The notes: generated from the sequence alone by a model not told the origin. A DNA stretch of 61,740 nt from Batkoa obscura (GCA_030770535.1 JASVEC010000014.1:1116001-1177740), one strand, 5' to 3'. Positions 47,897-61,740 are shown, counted from the first letter of the stretch. A program made the numbers and translations.

Positions 47897-50800
47897 TGCG
47901 ATATTAAATTTAATATTTAAAGCTACCTCTTTTGGTAAAATTCATATGAAGTTTTGAAAACAATTTTTGACTAGTAAAATATAAAATGTAAATAAATAAT
48001 TCATATTTTTTCAAATCAACCCCTGTTTTATGTAAATTTAGCTTTTAAGTCCCATATTAAAATTCACTACTTAATAATATTTAAAAACATTTAGATAGCA
48101 AAAAACACAAATACGTAAATAACTCATTAGTTTACAAAATCCTCCATTCTTATATATTGACACAATTATAATCTCTTTGTCAAGGAAATTTTATTTAGTA
48201 TGATTTATAAATAAACAACTTAAATCTATTTTAAAAATTTTCTAAATCTATACAAACATTGTGTTAAATAAAGTCTTGATAAATTTTGATAGCCTCTACC
48301 ATTCTTAAAATAGATATTTAAAGTTGTATTAATTTTAGAATTACTTTGTTTTATAAAAGAAGTATCTATAAATACAAAATAGCTATAAAAAAACCTCTCT
48401 AAAAGTTAAAAGTTAGCTGATTTTCATTATATATATTGTAAAAAATATCGCTTTGTATAATAAAATTTGATATTTTGTATACTTATAGGGGCGAAGTTCT
48501 GGATATGATTAATTCTTGAAACAGAGTCAGTCAATTGCACCCCTGACATTGATATAAAATTTAAATGATAAATTTGACAACCAAAAGTTGAAAGGTAAAT
48601 TTTAAAGTTTAAAGTCAAATAAACAAAGGGATTAAAAGCTTTGTACATCATAGAATCATCTATTTGATTGATTTGTTTTAAACCTTTTACAATCAGCGTA
48701 TTTGAGTTAGGACTTGGAATCGGAACTGATAAAGTCAAGTTACTAATTTCCCCAAAGTTTAGGATTAACAAAGCTTTATATAAAAACTTACAGCTTTTAC
48801 ACAAGCTTCTTGTTTATTAGAAAATGTTCATAATTATAAAATTAATAATCCTAAGCTTTGTTAGCGAATGGGAGAGCAACATCATTATTTCATTGACAAT
48901 AAAGATTTTAAAAAAATTAAAATTGAGTATTTTTTTGTAAATTTAAAGTTAATAATTAGCTATGCTAGCCCAAGTTGTATTTTTGAATAACAATTACTAA
49001 GACTTGTTTAGATATACTAATGTTAATGTAAGTTAAGGTACAAAAAACAATCATGTAATAGAATAATAAATTTCAAAATATTATAGTTTATGCCTATGAT
49101 TGTATAAAACGATAAATTCAAAAAGCTTAGCTATATAACACTTGCTTCACCTTAAATAACATATCCTTAGCTAGACTATATATAAAATATGATAATTAGT
49201 ATGAAACATCAGACCAAAGTAAAAATTAATGGGCCAACAACTCTCCATTTATATATTTAAAAAAACAAGATCAAAAAGCTAAGTGTCAAAAGCTTCAGCC
49301 AATAACTAGATATTTATTTATAAAAATAAAGTTTATTTTATTACTAACACTAATGAAAACCTGGAAGTTTTTTGATACTATTTGTTTAAATCAATACTAA
49401 TAAAAATTGTTATATATCCGGGTTACTAGTAAAGTGTTGTCTAAAGTATTTTCAAGTATATTGTGAAATCTAAACTATTTTAAAATGTCTATTAAGTTTA
49501 AAAATGGTAGAGAAAAAAGATTTAAAGCTAATGCTATAATACCTTAAAAAGATCCTAATTGTGTAGGTTTTTAAAAAATTATGTTGAAATTACTTTTATG
49601 ATAAAGATTTTGATAAAAACTTCTTAACTTTTAAAATTGATTTTTAAATATTGACATATAAAAAATTAGTTATTTCAAAAAGATTATTTAGTAATATTAG
49701 CTCTATTTTATGATCTAATACAAAAATGGTTTTTATTTCTAGTTTGCAATTTAATTTCTAGGTTTGAGCTATCCCTATCATACTATTTTTATTTTAGACT
49801 GGATAAATTTACTTATTAAATTTTACCTCAAATGCAACTTTTATAAAAATAAATGCCCATTTGTGGAGCCTCATATTCATAGCTATAGAGCTATAGGGAG
49901 GATATTATGATTATATGGCATAATTCACAAATGTGGGTTTTAATAAAGTATTAAAAATGTGTGTTGATAAAAAATCGAAATGAAAATTAAAAAATTATGA
50001 CTAATACTAGACATAAGATTTAAATAATATATTATTGATAATATTAATATTTTTGAAAATTGAATAGCTTGTTTATAATCCCAATCTAATAAACGTATAT
50101 CAAAGGAGCTTTTGGGAACCTTTAAATAGTATACAGCATATGAGAAGATGTCTTTTTGTATTTAAGAATTTTACTAACAATTTTTTCACTCAAACCACAG
50201 GCGCTTAAAAGATAGAGAAAGTGATCAAAGCCAAAAAAACATATCTAACATATATAATTGATTATTACTTTTATTGACTAATTGCAGAATATATTTTAAA
50301 ATTTAATATGAATAAAAAGCTTTTTATAATATAAGAGTATTTTTTATAATCTCATCATTTTTTTGGTTTTCTAAAGCTATTATTGTTGAAAGAGAAAAAA
50401 AAAGAGGTGTATTAAGTTTTTTTTAATATTTCTTTATCATAAATTTAATTTCATTTACTTTTTCTCCATTTCTTTTGAGCATTATTTGAATGGAATAGCT
50501 ATCAGTAAAATTTTTAAACAAAAATACATTTTCTATATATGGCTTTTATAATGCTAGTTTCAAAAATTTTGTGATCAATTTTAATTAAATTATTTTTATA
50601 GTTGATTGATTGATTTACGAAATAAATGCAATTATTAAAAATTCTGAAACAATTAATTATATTATTAAATAGATTTATTATTATAATTGATATTTCTTAC
50701 GTAAGCTTAATTACCGTTTTTAATATTTGATTATAGGTTCATATAAGTTAACTTTAATTTATTAAAGTCATTAAAAAATTATATAGAATTTAGTTAACAA

Positions 50801-51241
50801 GTGTTTTCAAACTATTTTTTTAAGCTGGATTCTGGTTGTATTCAATAAGCTTATCAGCTTTTATTTGTATTATTTTAAATATATTAACTAGTATTCTTTA
50901 AATTATGTATACAAATAAATTATATTTTTATACTATTAGCATTTAAAATATATATATATATATTTAAATTTTAAAATTTTACAATGCTTAAAATATTTGA
51001 TCATAAATAATTTATTCATTTATAATTAATTTATTTTATAATAATAGCCTCAAATTAATAAAAATTTAAAAAAACAGTACTTCAATTACTATAGGTTTTA
51101 AATAAAGAGCTATATTTAACTTTGATTCAGCTTACAATATGGGGATGTTTTTCCATGTTTAAGAATTCTACTAACAACCTTTCCACTCAAGTAGCGCTTG
51201 AAAAATGGAAAAAAAATGAAATCAAAAAAACACCACCATAT

Positions 51242-53897
51242 GGGGGCTGTCCTAATTGATTTCAGAATCTACTTAGAGATTAATTTAAATTTTAAATTTT
51301 TAAATTTTTGTACCTTTTAATGTGACGGTTAAATCTAAAAAGCCTAAAATTAAATGTCTCTATTTAAAACTTATTTTAATTGTTTCCTTTTCTTAAATAG
51401 CTAATCTTCCTAATTATATAAATACACTTATTTGACTTTATTTTTTGTTGAAAAATAAAATGCAAACTTTCATAACTAAACTTCGAAATCGAATTTTTGA
51501 AAACTTCACTACAATAGGGAGGAGTACACAATATAAACATTATAATTCATTTATATCAATTTTAAGAGCTACTTATAACAACCCAGGGTTTATGGAATTT
51601 TATAATAAAATAAAACAAAGAAAAGATATATTATCAAAGTTTACTATCGATAATAATAAACTTAATCAAGTAATGTATAAAATTAGTGCTTTGAGGGAAA
51701 CAGGAAATAAAAACCAACAAGTAGCGTTATTATCAACTATAGCTTCAGTATATGGGGATGTATTTTTGTATTTAAGAGTTTTACTGACAATTTTTCCACA
51801 TAAATAGCGCTTAAAAAATGGAAAAAATAATGAAACCAAAGAAAACACTCCCATGTTCTTTTGATGAATGTAAGAGTTTTGGGTTTAATATAAATATAAA
51901 TCAATATGATTATTCAAAAATAAGTAATAATAATAAAATATCAACATTAAAACCTATTATTAAAAATACAAAAAAAATTAAAGATGACCTAAATTGAAAC
52001 TATTGTACAATATTTACTAAATGATTCAACTATTTCATCAAGATTTAATAAAAAAAATAATGATAGTAAATATTTGTCAGATAATACATATATTAAATAA
52101 AAGTAGAAGAATGATATATAGTAAATATTTGAATGATCTAAGAGATAAAGTAGTAGCTAGGTCAACGTTCTTTAAATATATACCAAGTAATTTCAAGAAT
52201 CCATCAAGAAAAATGGATCTATGTAATATATGTCCCCAGTATACAGTCAGAAAAAAGTTACTTGAAAATAAAATAAATACAGCAAAAAACAAAGCAGAGA
52301 TAGAAGAAAAGTTATACAAATCACATAAATTCTGTGTTGATACTTAAAAAAACACATTTAATGAAACTATTAAAAAATTAAATAACAAAAGTTGTATAAT
52401 AATTCTAGATTTTAAACAAAATATGGGGGTGTTTTTTTTGACTTCATTATTTTTTCCATTTTCTTAGTGCTATTTAAGCGGAAAATTTGCTAGTAAAATT
52501 CTTAAACGCAAAAATACATTCCCATATGGAAATAGGAACAAGACCAGATTCAATAAATCTAGATCATTATAATAAACAAGCTATATCAGTATTAGGCTTT
52601 GGTGTTTATATTTAAAAGATGATAAAACAATAAGCAAAGTTTACTTTGATTATTTATCTGAAATATTGAATCATGATTCAGCATATGGGGATGTGCTTTT
52701 TTGTTTAAGAATTTTACTATAATCTTCCACTCAAACAGCGCTTAAAAAATGGAAAAATAACGAAACTAAAAAAAACAGCCCCATATGCAAGAGATTGTTT
52801 AATCAATTTGATCTCTATAGAGCTTCTATTTAAAAAGTTTACAAAAACTAAATATATGAGCAGATACATAAAATCATTTTAAATCCCAAGAGTTCCTACA
52901 CTATATGTTTAAAGAAATTCATAAAATAAATAGTAGTTTGAATGTTGATCTTAATTTTTTTGCTGAGCATCATGGAAAAAGTATAATTGATGGACATTTT
53001 GGAAACCTTTCAAAATGGAAAAGTAGTTTTGAAGCGTTAGGTAAAATAGAAGATATCAATCAACTAATTTCAAGATTTGAGGCTTTTATTTGCGAGCATA
53101 ATAAAACTAATAACTCGACTGTTAATAATGGGAAAACAGATACAATTTTTAAAAAGTATAAAAGAAACAAAAATACAAAAAGAATAATAGAGATGCAGGG
53201 CATTAAGAAGTATTTACACTTTATTAAACATAACAATAAACTACATTGTTATCCAGTATCTGATACATCAAAAAAAAGCGATATAGTCCCAATTAAAGTT
53301 ATAGAGTCTATAGAAAACAGAAAAATTAAAAAATCGATCCCAGCTTACTTTACGAAGATAACAGAGAATTTAAAAACTTCGATATTTACTAAGCAAGTAA
53401 GTAGTTTGTTAAATGATAGAAATAGATTGTTAAATGTTAAGATTACTTAAGTTATTAATAGCTAAGTTGATAAATAGTCAAAGAACAAGTAACTGTAATA
53501 ATATGTAAAAACTATTATTACTTGTACTATATAGGGATGGTTAACTATAGTTTTGGGGCTAACTACTCCTTCCTATGCAGCTATTTGTTGCCTTGGCAAT
53601 ATATTAATAATGTAATTATAACATTAAAATAGTTTATTTGATAATAAATCTACAATGTTGGTTATAAAGCAGTTGATAATAAATATTTCTCAATTAAGTT
53701 TTATAAGAACACGTATTTAAGATCTAGTGAAATTCAACTAAACTTACAGTATGAGCTATAATAGAATGATTTAGAACTGTGTCTGGGTACTTTTGTTTTA
53801 ATAAAAGATGTGATTTTATAGAATTTTAAGCGAAGTTTTTAAAATACAAAATTTTTCAAAAATTGGATAAAATAATGAAACTAATTCAGGCAACCCC
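51242..53897 (+). mobile_element. Sola2-like transposon copy 7, full length, three MITEs
   Basis: GGGGGCTGTCCTAATTG ... CAGGCAACCCC with ATAT flanks. Body mirrors copy 6. Confidence 0.9.
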
Positions 53898-56800
53898 ATA
53901 TAATTTTATAATCATGTTGCAAATCTATTAATAGTTTTTTTAATAAGCTTATAAAAAAAGTCAAAAAATTTGCAGAATTAAATAATTTTATTCATAAAAT
54001 ATATATTTCTCTCTTAAATTAAATATATAAATATAGGAGTGTGTTTTTATATTTAATAATTTTACTAATAATTTTTCCATTCAAATAGCGCTTAAAAGAT
54101 GGGAAAAGTAATGAAGTCAAAAAAACATCCCTATATTATTAAGTTGATAACTGGATAAAAAGGAGTAGTTAGCTTTAAAACTATAATTGGTCATTTTTGT
54201 ACAACATAATTAATACAAATAATATTTTTGCTTATTATATAAAATATTGGTCTACTAGTTCTAAAATTAATTATAATATAATAATTCATTTGTTTATAAA
54301 ACTAGTTGCAGTCTTATAGCTAATTTGAATATAACTTATATGGTACAATCAATTCAGGGTTCTCTATTTTTGACTTGTTGTGAGAATTCCTAATTGCAAA
54401 AAGCATCATCTCTTCATTTTAATATCTATACTTGGTAACTATAACAAATAATTATAACTGTTATCATGTTTTTTGTATACAGCTCTACCCAGTTTAAATA
54501 TAAATATTAAAAAAATCTAATATAATGATTTGAAGCTTTTTAATTGAACTATTTGCTGGTATTATGTCTTTAATAAAGCTATTAAATTTTATGATATTTT
54601 ATGATAATATCTTCTATTTTAATTATATAAACTAAATTTTTTTGGCTTACGACTAATTGATTAAGTAAAAGCTGCTTTTGACTCTAATTATTAAACACTA
54701 GTCTTATAATTATTATAACTATTCGCTTTTTGACTATTTATTAACTATTAATACTTTAAATAATATCAATATTTAATAAACTTCTATGATCTACTGAATT
54801 ACTTAGTAAATTTTTTATTTTTTATTTTTTATTTTTTTATTTTCTAGACTATGACTTTAATTGAAATTACATCACTTTTTTTTAATCTGTCAGATACTGG
54901 ATAATAATGTTGTTTATTATCAAGTTTAACAAAATATAAATACTCTTTAATACTCTGTATTTTTATTATTTTCTTTATATTTGTTTTTTTCATACTTTTT
55001 AAAAACTACATCTAAGGGTGTTTTTTTGGTTTCACACTTTTTACATTTCTTAAGTACTATTTAAATGAAAAAATTATTAATAAAAATCTCAAATTCTGAG
55101 ATCAGTTGGATGCTTTTTAGTTTACCTAATGCTTTAAAAACTATCTTTCTGTTATAAAATATTTAAAATATCCATCAACTATCAGCTATCTTTTTTCTGT
55201 AATTCTTATAAACTTTTTAAATATTAAACTAATCAAATAGTTTCCTGCTATACTAAATTATAATTTTTTAGTAAAATTCTTAAACATAAAAATACATTCC
55301 CATCTTATTGTTTATTGATATAGCATACCACACTTTAATACCAATATAGAGCTTATTTATTATAATAGTCTAAATTTATTAGACTTGTTTTTATTTTTAT
55401 TTTTATTTTTATATCTTATTCAAAGTCTAAAATTATATGATAATTTTTATTACTTAATTTTTTAATAATTCTACCAAATATGTCTTTTTAAGTATTAATA
55501 TAAAAACTTTCTTATTTTTGTTTTATTCTTAAATATTTTTAACTATGTAATAGACATACATATTGTATAAATTTGTTTTCTTGCTATATTCTTAAAAAAA
55601 TGCATCCCCATACTACTTTCTTTATTAAGTCTTGATAAAATAATTGGGTTATTAAGCAAATATTGCATGTGGTAATTTTAATTTTCTTGTTTTTGTTTTT
55701 TTGTATCTTTAATAGTAGACTGCAATACTAATATTTTATAGTTATCAAAAAAACATGAGAATGTATTTTTATATTCAAGAATTTTACTAATTTTTCCACT
55801 CAAATAGCGCTTAAAAGATGGAAAAAATGCTGAAGCTAAAAAAAACATCCCCATATATTAGAGCTATAGTTGATAATAATTCTACTTACTGGTTCTTATT
55901 TTTTGCTTTTTTAAACCATTAATTGATTGAATTTATTATTATAGATAGTAAACTTTAGCATTCCTTTATTATTTTATTATAAAATTCTATAAACTCTGAG
56001 TTGTGTGAAACATCGCTTTGTCAGCTCCATGATTGATTGTAGCATAACAACCATCTAAGTTGTTGTGTTCTCGAGCTTCAGAGACAACCAATCCCACGCT
56101 CTTAGTTTGGTTTGCTATGAGAATTTCTAGCTCCATCCAAAAAGAATATTATCTTCTCATTTTGATATTTATACTTTTCAGAGTATAAAAGAGTTTACAG
56201 AGTATAATAGTCCGAGGCTTTTTGACTGAATTATTCCCTGATATCTCGAACATTTAATAAAGCCACTAAGTTTACTTAATAGTATTTTATATAGATTTTA
56301 CATTAGTATTGTCTATTCTATCTATCTTATATAGCTTGTAACCTATTATGTGCTATTCCTCATAATCCAAGTCTATCTTAGTCAGATAAACTAAGACCTT
56401 TCGACTTATAATGTAGTCAACCCAGCAATAGCTGTTCTTGACTCCAAACCCTGAGTACCAGATTTCACATTTTGTATTTTAAAAACTTCACTTAATTGAG
56501 AAATATTTATTATCAACTGCTTTATAACCAACATTGTAGATTTATTATCAAATAAACTATTTTAATGTTATAATTACATTATTAATATATTGCCAAGGCA
56601 ACAAATAGCTGCATAGGAAGGAGTAGTTAGCCCCAAAACTATAGTTAACCATCCCTATATAGTACAAGTAATAATAGTTTTTACATATTATTACAGTTAC
56701 TTGTTCTTTGACTATTTATCAACTTAGCTATTAATAACTTAAGTAATCTTAACATTTAACAATCTATTTCTATCATTTAACAAACTACTTACTTGCTTAG

Positions 56801-57868
56801 TAAATATCGAAGTTTTTAAATTCTCTGTTATCTTCGTAAAGTAAGCTGGGATCGATTTTTTAATTTTTCTGTTTTCTATAGACTCTATAACTTTAATTGG
56901 GACTATATCGCTTTTTTTTGATGTATCAGATACTGGATAACAATGTAGTTTATTGTTATGTTTAATAAAGTGTAAATACTTCTTAATGCCCTGCATCTCT
57001 ATTATTCTTTTTGTATTTTTGTTTCTTTTATACTTTTTAAAAATTGTATCTGTTTTCCCATTATTAACAGTCGAGTTATTAGTTTTATTATGCTCGCAAA
57101 TAAAAGCCTCAAATCTTGAAATTAGTTGATTGATATCTTCTATTTTACCTAACGCTTCAAAACTACTTTTCCATTTTGAAAGGTTTCCAAAATGTCCATC
57201 AATTATGCTTTTTCCATGATGCTCAGCAAAAAAATTAAGATCAATATTTAAACTACTATTTGGGGATGTGTTTTTGTGTTCAAGGATTTTACTAGCAATT
57301 TTTCCACTCAAACAGTGCTTAAAAAATGGAAAAAGTAATGAAGCTAAAAAAACATCCCCATTTATTTTATGAATTTGTTTAAATATATGGGGCTGTTTTT
57401 TTTAGTTTCATTATTTTTCCATTTTTTAAGCACTATTTGAGTGGAAAGATTGCTAGTAAAATCCTTGAACAAAAAAACACATCCCCATATAGTGTAAGAA
57501 CTCTTGGGATTTAAAATGATTTTATGTATCTGCTCATATATTTAGTTTTTGTAAACTTCTTAAATAAAAGCTTTGTAGAGATTAAATCGATTAAACAATC
57601 TCCTGCATATGGGGATATTTTTTTACGTTTAAGGATTTTACTAAAAAAATTTCCGCTCAAATAGTGTTTAAAAGGTGGAAAAAGTAATGAACCAAAAAAA
57701 CACTCCCATATGCTGAATCATGATTTAACATTTCAGGTAAATAATCAAAGTAAACTTTGCCTATTGTTTTATCATCTTTTAAATATAGAACACTAAAATT
57801 AATACTGATATAGCTTGTTTATTATAATGATCTAGATTTATTGAATCTGGTCTTGTTCCTATTTCCAT
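51451..57868 (-). repeat. Right arm of the inverted segmental duplication
   Basis: Reverse complement of 34618-41035. Confidence 0.92.
56004..56469 (-). mobile_element. Solo-LTR-like repeat (duplicate of 36017-36482)
   Basis: Reverse complement of 36017-36482 within the duplication arm. Confidence 0.7.
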
Positions 57869-59197
57869 ATGGGAATGTATTTTTGCGTTTAAGAATTTTA
57901 CTAGCAAATTTTCCGCTTAAATAGCACTAAGAAAATGGAAAAAATAATGAAGTCAAAAAAAACACCCCCATATTTTGTTTAAAATCTAGAATTATTATAC
58001 AACTTTTGTTATTTAATTTTTTAATAGTTTCATTAAATGTGTTTTTTTAAGTATCAACACAGAATTTATGTGATTTGTATAATTTTTCTTCTTCGTTGAA
58101 AATTTCTTCTATCTCTGCTTTGTTTTTTGCTGTATTTATTTTATTTTCAAGTAACTTTTTTCTGACTGTATACTGGGGACATATATTACATAGATCCATT
58201 TTTCTTGATGGATTCTTGAAATTACTTGGTATATATTTAAAGAACGTTGACCTAGCTACTACTTTATCTCTTAGATCATTCAAATATTTACTATATATCA
58301 TTCTTCTACTTTTATTTAATATATGTATTATCTGATAAATATTTACTATCATTATTTTTTTTATTAAATCTTGATGAAATAGTTGAATCATTTAGTAAAT
58401 ATTGTACAATAGTTTCAATTTGGGTCATCTTTAATTTTTTTTGTATTTTTAATAATAGGTTTTAATGTTGATATTTTATTATTATTACTTATTTTTGAAT
58501 AATCATATTGATTTATATTTATATTAAACCCAAAACTCTTACATTCATCAAAAGAATATACTGAAGTTATAGTTAATAATAACACTACTTATTGATTTTT
58601 ATTTCCTGTTTCCCTCAAAGCACTAATTTTATACATTGGTTGATCAAGTTTATTATTATCGATAGTAACTTTGATAATATATCTTTTCTTTGTTTTATTT
58701 TATTATAAAATTCCATAAACCCTGGGTTGTTATAAGTAGCTCTTAAAATTGATATAAATGAATTATAATGTTTATTTTGTGTACTCCTCCCTATTGTATT
58801 GAAATTTTCAAAAATTCGATTTCGAAGTTTAGTTATGAAAGTTTGCATTTATTTTTATTTCAACAGAAAACAAAGCCGAATAACTCTATTTACATAATTA
58901 TTAAATTTTGACAGAAATAACATAAAACATATGGGGCTGTTTTTTTTAGTTTCATTATTTTTCCATTTTTTAAGCGCTATTTGTTAGTAAAATTTGTTAG
59001 TAAAATTCTTAAACACAAAAATACATCCTCATATTGGAAAAATCAGCTATCTAAGAAAAGGAAATAATTAAAACAAGTTTTAAATAGAGAGATTTAATTT
59101 TAGGCTTTTTAGATTTAACCGTTATATTGGACACAAACTTAAAATTTAAAATTTTGATTAATTTCTAAGCAAATTCTAAAATTAGTTCGGACAACTC
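56470..59197 (-). mobile_element. Sola2-like transposon copy 8, mosaic, five MITEs
   Basis: ORFs 56739-57311, 58047-58391 and 58615-58848. Degenerate terminus TTCGGACAACTC at ~59197. Confidence 0.87.
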
Positions 59198-60280
59198 TAG
59201 TTATTTAAATAAATTAACAGTGAGTAATTTAATCTTTAATTAACTTAGAAGTGTTATATTTACTATAGGTGTATTTAATGAAGATCAAAGCTACATGTTT
59301 AATTTTATATGTATTAATTTTATATGTATTAATTTTATTCTTATTCTTAAAGAAGCATTATTTTAAAAAAAGCTAAAGTTAAAGTTAAAGTTAGATACTG
59401 ACGCAGAAAATAATACTAGATATTGATTTATCATAATAATATAGCTAAAGTTGATTTTAAAACACAATAACAAATAAAATTAATAGAAATGAAATAAAGT
59501 AAATTTATAATATAAAAATAATATTAAAAAATTAACAAATTTGAATTTTTTTATCAAAACAAAATCTTATAACATTTATTAGTTATTACTTTTATTAGTA
59601 GCTGAATATTGATAGTTTTATAATAATAAATTTTTTATAAGATTTTTGATTGATATCAAAAATTGTAATAAAAAACTAATACAGAGTTTGTATAACTGGT
59701 AAATTAATATGGGGATGTTTTTTTTGCTTCATTACTTTTTCCATCTTTTGAGCGCTATTTACGTGGAAAAATTATTAGTAAAATTATTAGTAAAATTATT
59801 AAATACAAAAATACATCCCCATATAATAATTATAAAGTTTATTATGATATTTAAAACATTTAACATTTAAACCAAAAAACTAAAAAATAGTTGTTTCATA
59901 TCTTAAAGGTAACTTTTAGTTTTCTGTAGTTTAGTTGAGGTTAAAGTTAAACGCAGGATTGATGAATGATTTTTTTAATAGTAAGTGTAATATGCCTGGC
60001 CCAAAATTATCAAACTATATTTATTATAAAATCATTAAAGTTATGTTTTTTACATAATATAAAAAGCCTATCATTATTAAAAATACTTCTATTACTTTTT
60101 GCATCTTTTAAGCACTATTTGAATGGAAAAATTGTTAGTAAAATTCTTAAACATAAAAATACATCACCATATCAAAAAAGTGATAGATATTCAAAAATTC
60201 AATTGAAATATAAAGTTACAACACCTATTAGGTATTGGATTTGTAATAAATATTGGGGTTATCTCACGAGTATAGATTGA

Positions 60281-60383
60281 TTAGGGATAGGGATAGGGAT
60301 AGGGATAGGGATAGGGATAGGGATAGGGATAGGGATAGGGATAGGGATAGGGATAGGGATAGGGATAGGGATAGGGATAGGGA
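60281..60383 (+). repeat. Variant telomeric array TTAGGG(ATAGGG)16
   Basis: Read directly from the sequence. Confidence 0.95.
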
Positions 60384-60783
60384 TGTGAAATCTGGTACTC
60401 AGGGTTTGGAGTCAAGAACAGCTATTGCTGGGTTGACTACACTATAAGTCGAAAGGTCTTAGTTTATGTAACTAAGATAGACTTGGATTATGAGGAATAG
60501 CACGTAATAGGTTACAAGCTATATAAGACAAATAGAATAGACAATACTAATGTAAAATCTATGTAAAATAATATTAAGAAAACTTAGTGGCTTTATTAAA
60601 TGTTCGAGATATCAGGGATTAATTCAGTTAAAAAGCCTCGAACTATTATACTCTGTAAACTCTTTTATACTCTGAAAAGTATAAGTATCAAAATGAGAAG
60701 ATAATATTCTTTTGGGTGGAACTAGAAATTCTCATAACAAATCAAAATAATTAACCATGGGACTGACGAAGCGATATTTCACA
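60384..60783 (+). mobile_element. Solo-LTR-like repeat (400 bp) inserted in telomeric repeats
   Basis: Perfect 8-bp inverted termini TGTGAAAT...ATTTCACA with GGGA on both sides. Lacks ~65 bp present near the 3' end of the 36017 copy. Confidence 0.8.
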
Positions 60784-61740
60784 GGGATAGGGTTAGGGTT
60801 AGGGATAGGGATAGGGTTAGGGATAGGGTTAGGGATAGGGTTAGGGTTAGGGTTAGGGTTAGGGTTAGGGTTAGGGTTAGGGTTAGGGTTAGGGTTAGGG
60901 TTAGGGTTAGGGTTAGGGTTAGGGTTAGGGTTAGGGTTAGGGTTAGGGTTAGGGTTAGGGTTAGGGTTAGGGTTAGGGTTAGGGTTAGGGTTAGGGTTAG
61001 GGTTAGGGTTAGGGTTAGGGTTAGGGTTAGGGTTAGGGTTAGGGTTAGGGTTAGGGTTAGGGTTAGGGTTAGGGTTAGGGTTAGGGTTAGGGTTAGGGTT
61101 AGGGTTAGGGTTAGGGTTAGGGTTAGGGTTAGGGTTAGGGTTAGGGTTAGGGTTAGGGTTAGGGTTAGGGTTAGGGTTAGGGTTAGGGTTAGGGTTAGGG
61201 TTAGGGTTAGGGTTAGGGTTAGGGTTAGGGTTAGGGTTAGGGTTAGGGTTAGGGTTAGGGTTAGGGTTAGGGTTAGGGTTAGGGTTAGGGTTAGGGTTAG
61301 GGTTAGGGTTAGGGTTAGGGTTAGGGTTAGGGTTAGGGTTAGGGTTAGGGTTAGGGTTAGGGTTAGGGTTAGGGTTAGGGTTAGGGTTAGGGTTAGGGTT
61401 AGGGTTAGGGTTAGGGTTAGGGTTAGGGTTAGGGTTAGGGTTAGGGTTAGGGTTAGGGTTAGGGTTAGGGTTAGGGTTAGGGTTAGGGTTAGGGTTAGGG
61501 TTAGGGTTAGGGTTAGGGTTAGGGTTAGGGTTAGGGTTAGGGTTAGGGTTAGGGTTAGGGTTAGGGTTAGGGTTAGGGTTAGGGTTAGGGTTAGGGTTAG
61601 GGTTAGGGTTAGGGTTAGGGTTAGGGTTAGGGTTAGGGTTAGGGTTAGGGTTAGGGTTAGGGTTAGGGTTAGGGTTAGGGTTAGGGTTAGGGTTAGGGTT
61701 AGGTTAGGGTTAGGGTTAGGGTTAGGGTTAGGGTTAGGTT
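60784..61740 (+). repeat. Telomere: mixed ATAGGG/TTAGGG to 60840, then (TTAGGG)n to the window end
   Basis: G-rich strand runs 5'->3' toward the end, the orientation of a right chromosome terminus. Two short TTAGG units occur near the end. Confidence 0.98.

Noticed and set aside
48427..48804. 125-aa ORF
   Set aside because: Non-ATG start in a eukaryote, no recognisable domain, and located in a decayed repeat region.
52077..58335. ORFs 52077-52319 and 58075-58335
   Set aside because: Antisense shadows of the transposase fragments.
60253..61707. Poly-RD and poly-GL ORFs
   Set aside because: Translations of ATAGGG and TTAGGG repeats. The ATG at 60757 lies within the LTR-like unit and nothing indicates expression.

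Overview
A very AT-rich eukaryotic chromosome end, probably from an early-diverging fungus; this is inferred from the 43-56 nt GT-AG introns, divergent AT-rich rDNA and TTAGGG telomere. From left to right the window holds: the 3' part of a cytochrome b561-domain gene, a six-exon cytochrome P450 and a DUF4419 gene; a two-unit 18S-5.8S-28S rDNA block on the minus strand, with matching transcribed cores but divergent spacers; about 31 kb of subtelomere; and the telomere. The subtelomere is dominated by a ~2.4 kb DDD DNA transposon resembling Sola2 (8 recognisable copies, none intact). About 30 copies of a ~98 bp MITE share its termini and 4-bp AT-rich target duplication and repeatedly hit the same sites in its transposase gene. 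The region also contains a tRNA-Pro gene, a decayed Tc1/IS630-like element with 215 bp TIRs, a fold-back palindrome, a 6.4 kb inverted duplication and a TG...CA solo-LTR-like repeat. One copy of that repeat sits inside a variant (ATAGGG)n array directly before the (TTAGGG)n tract. All comparisons were made by eye; no database searches were run.
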